A DNA stretch of 64,000 bases from an uncultured delta proteobacterium (GTDB taxonomy: Bacteria; Desulfobacterota; Binatia; UBA9968), in contig CAVTUQ010000007.1 of assembly GCA_963737905.1 (NCBI GenBank), positions 160,001 through 224,000 of the forward strand, written 5' to 3'. Under the pieces are notes generated by a model that was given only the letters and a program-made list of their open reading frames with translations, did no database searches and was not told the DNA's origin. Shown piece by piece: positions 58,544 to 64,000 of this stretch (position 1 is its first letter; each line of letters begins with the position of its first letter). The position numbers and the translations under genes were made by a program.

Positions 58544-59016
58544 AACAACTGTGGGCTCCATGGAGGATGACCTATATCAATGAAGTTTCTAAGGATGAAG
58601 GCTGTATCTTTTGTCGGAAGATGCGAGAGAATGATGCCCGTGAAGCTTTGGTCCTGGCTTGTACCGGCCACTCCGTGATCATGCTTAACAAATACCCTTA
58701 CGCTAACGGTCATCTCCTTCTTGCTCCCAAGCGGCACGAAAAGGAGCTCTCTAACCTATCAGCAGATGAGTACGGTGATCTCAATGAGGCGCTACGGCGT
58801 TCCGTCGATATCATTCGGAAATCTTACAATCCAGCCGGTATAAATCTGGGCATGAATCTAGGCAAATGCGCTGGCGCCGGCATCGAGGACCACCTCCATT
58901 GGCATGTTGTGCCGCGCTGGGAAGGGGACAACAATTTCATGCCTGTCATAGCAGAAACCCGGGTGATGCCGCAGCATCTACTTGAAAGTTACGACCAGCT
59001 AAAAACTTATTTCTAA
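58540..59016 (+). CDS. HIT family hydrolase
   Basis: LWAPWR..YI, CIFC, LNKYPY..GH, HLHWHVVPRW. Confidence 0.92.
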   Translation: MKQLWAPWRMTYINEVSKDEGCIFCRKMRENDAREALVLACTGHSVIMLNKYPYANGHLLLAPKRHEKELSNLSADEYGDLNEALRRSVDIIRKSYNPAGINLGMNLGKCAGAGIEDHLHWHVVPRWEGDNNFMPVIAETRVMPQHLLESYDQLKTYF

Positions 59017-59130
59017 TATTTTTGTCGATGAAAGAAGAAAAACCAGCTAAGATGGAAAGGTCATCAACAAGGACCAGCAACGGTTTGTCTCGAGGCGTAA
59101 AAAATTCTTGACCAAGGAGGCCATGTCCAA

Positions 59131-60531
59131 GTGAATGAGGCAAAAACCTTAGGAGAGCTTAAGAAGAACGAGGTGCGGGTTTTATCGGTCCGCGACGAGA
59201 TGCGCAAAAATCTCGTCGATCGTCTGGAAGCCGGGACGCGCATATTGCCCGGGATTATCGGCTATGATGATACCGTAATCCCGGAGATTGAGAACGCGAT
59301 CCTCTCCGGACACCATATGGTGTTCCTCGGCGAACGCGGTCAAGGCAAATCGCGAATTATTCGTGGCCTCACTAGCCTCCTTGACGAGCGCATACCCATC
59401 GTTCAAGGATGTGAGATCAACGACAACCCGTTTAAACCCATTTGCCAGGCTTGTCGGAAGAAATCCGCGGAAATGGGAGACGGATTGCCCCTCCAATGGA
59501 TCGACCGCGACGCGCGATACGGAGAGAAATTGGCCACGCCGGACGTCTCGATCGCCGATATCGTTGGCGAGATCGATCCCATCAAGGTTGCCGAGGGGAG
59601 ATACCTCGCCGACGAAGAAACCATTCACTATGGACTCGTCCCACGCACCAATCGCGGCATCTTCGCTATCAATGAGCTTCCCGATTTGACGGAAAAAGTT
59701 CAGGTGGGTTTGTTCAACCTGATGGAAGAGAAAGATGTGCAGATTAAGGGCTACAAGATTCGCTTGCCTTTAGACGTCGTGATCGTTGCCAGCGCCAACC
59801 CCGAGGATTACACGAGCCGGGGTCGGATCATCACACCGCTCAAGGATCGCTTCGACGTGCAGATTCGCACCCATTATCCAAAGAGCATCGACGACGAAAT
59901 CGTTATCATGGAGCAGGAGGCTGCGCCGATAGATCAACGAAGCCGCAAGGTGGAAGTGCCGCGCTTTCTGAAGGAAATCCTCGGCCACTTGACCTTTGAG
60001 GCTCGGAAGTCCAACGAAATCAATCAGTCATCCGGCGTGAGCGTCAGGGTTACGATCAACAATTTTGAAAGCCTGATCAGCAACGCGGAAAAGCGATCGC
60101 TCCGATGCAAAGAGAATGAGATCGTTCCGCGGGTCAGCGATATGCATGCGATTTTGGCGTCGACGAGTGGCAAAATCGAGATGGAATATGTCGGAGAGGA
60201 CAAAAAAGAAGACGACCTGGTAGAAAAACTCCTCAACCGTTCGATCGTCAAAGTTTTCGACCAATATTTCAGCCTGAACTCATTGCAAAAGGTCGTTGAG
60301 TATTTCAACTCCGGTTGGGGCGTCGAAGTGTCGGACCAAATGGCGTCCCAGGATTATCTGCAAGACATCAAGGAAATTCCAGGGTTAAAAGAAGCCATCC
60401 GGTCTCTAGGAATTCAAGACTCACCTTCCCTCATGGCATCGGCAACCGAGTTTGTTTTAGAAGGTCTTCACCTGCACCAGAAGCTGAACAAGGAAATCGA
60501 AGGGGGAAGAGTCACCTACGGTAATAAATAG
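59131..60531 (+). CDS. AAA+ ATPase (Mg-chelatase ChlI/MoxR-like)
   Basis: Walker A GERGQGKS, INELPDL, SANPEDY..RGRII.PLKDRF. Confidence 0.85.
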   Translation: MNEAKTLGELKKNEVRVLSVRDEMRKNLVDRLEAGTRILPGIIGYDDTVIPEIENAILSGHHMVFLGERGQGKSRIIRGLTSLLDERIPIVQGCEINDNPFKPICQACRKKSAEMGDGLPLQWIDRDARYGEKLATPDVSIADIVGEIDPIKVAEGRYLADEETIHYGLVPRTNRGIFAINELPDLTEKVQVGLFNLMEEKDVQIKGYKIRLPLDVVIVASANPEDYTSRGRIITPLKDRFDVQIRTHYPKSIDDEIVIMEQEAAPIDQRSRKVEVPRFLKEILGHLTFEARKSNEINQSSGVSVRVTINNFESLISNAEKRSLRCKENEIVPRVSDMHAILASTSGKIEMEYVGEDKKEDDLVEKLLNRSIVKVFDQYFSLNSLQKVVEYFNSGWGVEVSDQMASQDYLQDIKEIPGLKEAIRSLGIQDSPSLMASATEFVLEGLHLHQKLNKEIEGGRVTYGNK

Positions 60532-60576
60532 CAGCACGAGCTAGCGATCGAATTCGAATTTCGACCCCATACCCTT

Positions 60577-62169
60577 ATGGTACACATAAGATACAGCCGT
60601 TGGGACAGGAACGCGCGGGACTCTCTAGATTCCGAGAGCGTGTTCGATCAGCTCAACGACTACATGAACGACAGTGGCGACCTCCAGCAGGCGATGCGGC
60701 GGCTCATGCAGAAGGGCATCAAACAGGGGGAAAAACAGACCAAAGGAATCGATGATTTGTTGTCTCAAGTGGCGCGGGAAATGCGCAAACTCTACGACGA
60801 GTATCGCCTTCAGTCCGCTATGGACGAAGTGCAGGAGCAACTGGAGTCCATCGTCGATCAGGAGCGCCAGACCCTAGAGGAGTTAGACCAAGCCGGCCAA
60901 AACACCCAGGAACAAAAACAATTTTTGAACAACCTGCCCGGCAAAGTCAGCGAGGCGGTTGAAAAGCTGACTTCTTACCGCTTCGAAAATACCAACGCCG
61001 AGAAAGAGTTCCAACAGCTGCTCATGCAGTTGGAGCAGATCCGCAAGCTGGAAAACTGGCTGCGTCGCGAAGGGAGTCTCTTTCGCGGCCAAACTCCCTT
61101 GCAATTTCAGGAGTCCATGGACCTCATGGAGCGCATGGAGGAGCTGCGGCGTCTGGAAGGCCAGTTATCGAGCATGCAACTGCGCGACGTCGACAAGGAG
61201 CTTTTGGAAAAACTCCTGGGCGCCGATCCGAAGCAGGACTTCGAAGGCGTTATGCGGATGCAATCCTTGCTCGAAGAGGGCGGCTACGTCTTGGAGCAGG
61301 GAGACCGTTTCGAGCTGACTCCGCGCGGCATCCGACGCGTGGGGCAGTTGGCCCTGAGAGATATTTACCAGCAGCTGCGCCGGGACGGCATGGGCAGGCA
61401 TTCGGCTCGCTACCGGGGCAGCCAGGAAATACAGATCGAGAATAGCCGGCCCTATGTCCAAGGGGACGCTCTCCATATCAACATGATTCAAACCCTCAAA
61501 AACGCGCTGCTCAATGGCGGAGGTGTGCCGGTTAGAATTCGTCCCGGAGATTTTGCCGTCTATGATTCCGAGCACACCACTCGCGCCGCCACGGTTCTGC
61601 TTTTGGACATGAGTTGGTCCATGAGCTGGGAAGGGCGTTTCGCCGCGGCGAAAAAAGTGGCATTAGCGATGGAGAGTCTCGTTCGGTCGCTTCACCCGCG
61701 GGACTATTTCGGTATCGTTGGTTTCTTCACCCGTGCCGTGGAGCTGAAGGCAAAGGATCTGCCACAGGCGACCTGGAATATGGGCGATCCGTTTACCAAT
61801 CTCCAGGACGGATTGCACCTGGCTGCCGAGATGTTGGAGCGACGACCGAGCCCGAATCAACAGATGATCGTCATAACGGACGGTCAACCCACCGCTTATT
61901 GCCGCCAGGGGCGGCTTTACTGCGAGTGGCCCCTGAGCTTTGGCGGCATCAGCCAACGCGCCGCCGAGGAAACCTTGAAAGAGGCCGAGCGCATTACCCG
62001 TAAGGGGATCACGATCAACACCTTCATGCTCGACGATAGCCCGGTGCTCCGCGGCTTTGTCGATGATCTCACCCGCATCAACAGAGGCCGCGCCTTCTAC
62101 ACACGACCGGATCGTCTGGGTCAATACTTGCTCATCGACTACCTCTCTCACCAAAAAAAGAAAGTCTAA
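60577..62169 (+). CDS. VWA domain protein with coiled-coil N-terminus
   Basis: MIDAS DMSWSM, TN, ITDGQPTA; partner of the upstream AAA+ ATPase. Confidence 0.87.
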   Translation: MVHIRYSRWDRNARDSLDSESVFDQLNDYMNDSGDLQQAMRRLMQKGIKQGEKQTKGIDDLLSQVAREMRKLYDEYRLQSAMDEVQEQLESIVDQERQTLEELDQAGQNTQEQKQFLNNLPGKVSEAVEKLTSYRFENTNAEKEFQQLLMQLEQIRKLENWLRREGSLFRGQTPLQFQESMDLMERMEELRRLEGQLSSMQLRDVDKELLEKLLGADPKQDFEGVMRMQSLLEEGGYVLEQGDRFELTPRGIRRVGQLALRDIYQQLRRDGMGRHSARYRGSQEIQIENSRPYVQGDALHINMIQTLKNALLNGGGVPVRIRPGDFAVYDSEHTTRAATVLLLDMSWSMSWEGRFAAAKKVALAMESLVRSLHPRDYFGIVGFFTRAVELKAKDLPQATWNMGDPFTNLQDGLHLAAEMLERRPSPNQQMIVITDGQPTAYCRQGRLYCEWPLSFGGISQRAAEETLKEAERITRKGITINTFMLDDSPVLRGFVDDLTRINRGRAFYTRPDRLGQYLLIDYLSHQKKKV

Positions 62170-62187
62170 CGCGCCTAGGGCGCGAGA

Positions 62188-62265
62188 CAGTTCAAAGTTC
62201 AAGGTTCAAAGTTCAAAGTACTCGGAGCCTCTGTCCTTGAACCTGGAACCTTGAACATTGAACTG
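62188..62265. repeat. Inverted heptamer tandem arrays forming a 31-bp hairpin with a 16-nt loop
   Basis: cagttcaaagttcaaggttcaaagttcaaag (62188-62218) pairs with ccttgaacctggaaccttgaacattgaactg (62235-62265); 27/31 Watson-Crick by hand. Confidence 0.9.
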
Positions 62266-62284
62266 GGCGTCGCCCCGGCGCCTA

Positions 62285-62313
62285 TTGACACCTGAAACTA
62301 TTTTCAGTATATA
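62285..62313 (+). promoter_or_regulatory. lexA promoter with palindromic operator in the spacer
   Basis: TTGACA-N17-TATATA. The spacer contains CTGAAA-ctat-TTTCAG (62292-62307). The ATG follows the -10 after a 6-nt gap, with no SD. Confidence 0.75.
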
Positions 62314-62319
62314 GAGCTT

Positions 62320-62928
62320 ATGCTTCCTTCGCTGACTTTTAGGCAAAAAGAAATTTACGATTTCTTGCTCAAGACGATTCGCGAAAAGGGCTTTGCCCCT
62401 TCGATTCCCGAGATCGGCAGACAGTTTAAGATCGCCTCGACCAATGGCGTTTCCGATCACCTCAAGGCCCTGGAAAAAAAAGGTTACATTCGCAGAGTCG
62501 GTAAACGAGCCATCGAGGTTTTATCCGCTGTCGGCAAGCCGGTTCTGACAGCGGTTCGCGACATTCCGATTGTGGGCAGGGTCCCCGCGGGCAAGCCGTT
62601 TCTCAGCGAAGAAAACGTCGAAGGGCTTTTGACGGTCCCCAGCGATATGGGATCGGGAAGACTTTTCGCCCTGCAGGTCAAAGGAGACAGCATGACCGGC
62701 GCCGGCATCCTAAACGGCGACCGGGTGATCGTGAAGCAACAGGGGACCGCGGAGAACGGCGAGATCGTCTGTGCCCTGATCGAGGGGGAAGCGACCTTGA
62801 AGCGTTTCTATAAAAAAGACGGCGCCATAACCCTTAAAGCAGAGAACGAAAAATATGCTCCGATCACCATCTCAGCCGGAGAATTTCGCGTCCTGGGCAA
62901 GGTGGTGGGGTTGATGAGGAAATTCTAA
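62320..62928 (+). CDS. lexA: SOS repressor LexA
   Basis: wHTH LTFRQKEI...STNGVSDHLKALEKKGYI, Ala-Gly cleavage site VPAG, catalytic Ser (GDSM) and Lys (TLKR). Confidence 0.96.
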   Translation: MLPSLTFRQKEIYDFLLKTIREKGFAPSIPEIGRQFKIASTNGVSDHLKALEKKGYIRRVGKRAIEVLSAVGKPVLTAVRDIPIVGRVPAGKPFLSEENVEGLLTVPSDMGSGRLFALQVKGDSMTGAGILNGDRVIVKQQGTAENGEIVCALIEGEATLKRFYKKDGAITLKAENEKYAPITISAGEFRVLGKVVGLMRKF

Positions 62929-62933
62929 AAATA

Positions 62934-62972
62934 GTTCAAAACGTTCAAGCCGTTCAAAACGTTCAAGTCGTT
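62934..62972. repeat. Left arm: 9-mer tandem array (GTTCAARNC)x4
   Basis: gttcaaaac gttcaagcc gttcaaaac gttcaagtc gtt, directly followed by AGGAG RBS. Confidence 0.9.
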
Positions 62973-62985
62973 AGGAGAAAAACCG

Positions 62986-63423
62986 ATGCAAGTAAGAAAC
63001 TTTGAAGATCTGGAAATTTGGAAGGACGCTAGAGCACTAACACGGGAAATCTATCAGCTGACAAGCGATTCTAAATTCTCAAAAGATTTCGCCCTGCGGG
63101 ATCAAGTCCGGCGTGCAGCGGTCTCGATCATGTCAAATATCGCGGAGGGGTTTGAACGAGGAGGCAACCAAGAATTCATTCAGTTTCTCTATGTTGCCAA
63201 AGCGTCTTGCGGTGAAGTTCGCTCTCAACTTTACGTAGCCTTGGATCAATCTTATGTAGCACCTAAAGATTGCGATGATGCCAGCAAGTCTTTTCGGCGT
63301 TTATCAATCATGATCAGCAACTTAATCGATTACTTAAAGCGCAGCGGTCTGAAAGGATCAAAATATACCGCGACAAATCGTCCAAAAAGTCCGACATCTT
63401 TGATTCCCACCGAAACGGCTTGA
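62986..63423 (+). CDS. Four-helix-bundle protein (23S rRNA IVP / Avd-like family)
   Basis: FEDLEIWKDA, DFALRDQVRRAAVSIMSNIAEGFER, EFIQFL..AKASCGEVRSQL. Confidence 0.92.
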   Translation: MQVRNFEDLEIWKDARALTREIYQLTSDSKFSKDFALRDQVRRAAVSIMSNIAEGFERGGNQEFIQFLYVAKASCGEVRSQLYVALDQSYVAPKDCDDASKSFRRLSIMISNLIDYLKRSGLKGSKYTATNRPKSPTSLIPTETA

Positions 63424-63452
63424 ACGGCTTGAACGATTTGAACGTCTTGAAC
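63414..63452. repeat. Right arm: inverted 9-mer tandem array (GNYTTGAAC)x4
   Basis: aac ggcttgaac ggcttgaac gatttgaac gtcttgaac; its reverse complement matches the left arm at 33/39. Confidence 0.9.
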
Positions 63453-63462
63453 ATTCAAGCAG

Positions 63463-64000
63463 ATGTTTTCTTCTACCCCAGAACTCAGACACGATATCGT
63501 CCAGCCGTCGCCCTGGAATCTCGCGGCGATCGCCGGGCGGTTCATCGAGATTTCGGCCTCGGCCAGCGCCGCTTCATTGACTCTCGCCTTTGGTCTCGTT
63601 CGGGAGGCGCAAATACGGGGCGAGCCTGCGGGCTGGGTGACATCGATGGAGAGTTTTTTTTATCCACCCGATGCGGCTTACGGCGGAATTGATCTTGCGG
63701 CACTGGCCGTTGTTCGTGTGCTTCATGCTGTAACCATCCCTCGCGCGGGAGAAAAGCTTTTACGCTCGGGCGGCTTCGGTCTGATCGTGCTCGATCTCGG
63801 AATTGCCGATATTCCTATGCCGCTCCAAAGCCGTCTGACCGGACTGGCCCAACGTTACCATACCGGCTTGGTTTGCCTTACAGAGAAGGAGAGCAAGGCA
63901 TTTTCACTGGGATCATTGGTTTCATTGCGGGCTCATGCCGAACGGCAACGAAGTTCTGACAATCGCTTTACTTGTAGGCTCCGTGTTCTCAAAGACAAGC
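63463..64000 (+). CDS. imuA: ImuA/RecA-like translesion cassette protein (runs off window)
   Basis: Not in ORF track because it has no stop. Manual translation MFSSTPEL...IAGRFIEISASASAASLTLAF...FYPPDAAYGGIDLAALAVVR...LLRSGGFGLIVLDL. RecA fold with degenerate Walker A, downstream of lexA. Confidence 0.78.
   Translation, partial: MFSSTPELRHDIVQPSPWNLAAIAGRFIEISASASAASLTLAFGLVREAQIRGEPAGWVTSMESFFYPPDAAYGGIDLAALAVVRVLHAVTIPRAGEKLLRSGGFGLIVLDLGIADIPMPLQSRLTGLAQRYHTGLVCLTEKESKAFSLGSLVSLRAHAERQRSSDNRFTCRLRVLKDK

Noticed and set aside
62986-63423. Diversity-generating retroelement or rRNA intervening sequence
   Set aside because: No reverse transcriptase, TR/VR pair or rRNA sequence is present in the window. 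The gene lies in a protein-coding operon.
62190-63452. GTTC repeats around lexA as LexA boxes (GTTC-N7-GTTC or GAAC-N4-GTTC)
   Set aside because: The periods are 7 and 9, not 11, and the arm order is GTTC...GAAC rather than GAAC-N4-GTTC. A better operator lies inside the promoter spacer.
45142-63452. Repeat arrays as CRISPR or transposon ends
   Set aside because: The units are 7-9 nt and contiguous, with no unique spacers, cas genes, transposase or target-site duplication.
63420-63692. ORF MNGLNDLNVLN... and similar repeat-derived ORFs (44864-45412, 62057-62254, 62206-62460, 63330-63545)
   Set aside because: Their periodic peptides come from translating the repeats. The imuA-like protein is in another frame starting at 63463.

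Overview
A 64-kb, gene-dense chromosomal segment of a diderm bacterium. Gene content and order look deltaproteobacterial or Binatia-like, which is inference only. Positions 1-40 kb form an almost uninterrupted + strand envelope superoperon. It runs lolD(partial)-bamA-skp-lpxD-fabZ-lpxA-lpxI-gnnA-like-lpxB-msbA-waaA-lpxK, then LPS-core heptosyltransferases and three Kdo/WaaP-type kinases. Next is a nucleotide-sugar cassette (rmlC/rmlD-like, Cj1427-like dehydrogenase, hddC-gmhB-hddA, Fcl-like, a TPP-dependent E1 alpha/beta pair, a ColD-like PLP enzyme, a B12 radical SAM enzyme, GT2s), followed by the hldE kinase half, yicC, gmk and rel. Positions 40-64 kb carry rpmB, the hldE transferase half, ubiD, a signal-peptide DUF151-PDZ protein, mutL, miaA, a CobW fusion, an SDR, rluA, the pheA-hisC-aroF-tyrA-aroA-cmk-rpsA-sppA-ihfB-HIT operon, an AAA+/VWA pair and a lexA-(four-helix bundle)-imuA SOS cassette. 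There are two standouts. (1) A family of inverted GTTCAA tandem-repeat arrays: one copy encloses a four-helix-bundle (IVP/Avd-like) gene inserted between lexA and imuA, and two gene-less hairpin copies follow mutL and precede lexA. (2) A GDP-heptose modification cassette whose enzyme set suggests an undescribed deoxy, branched or methylated heptose. Six frameshifts in otherwise intact genes are most likely sequencing errors. No rRNA, tRNA, CRISPR array or transposase was recognised.
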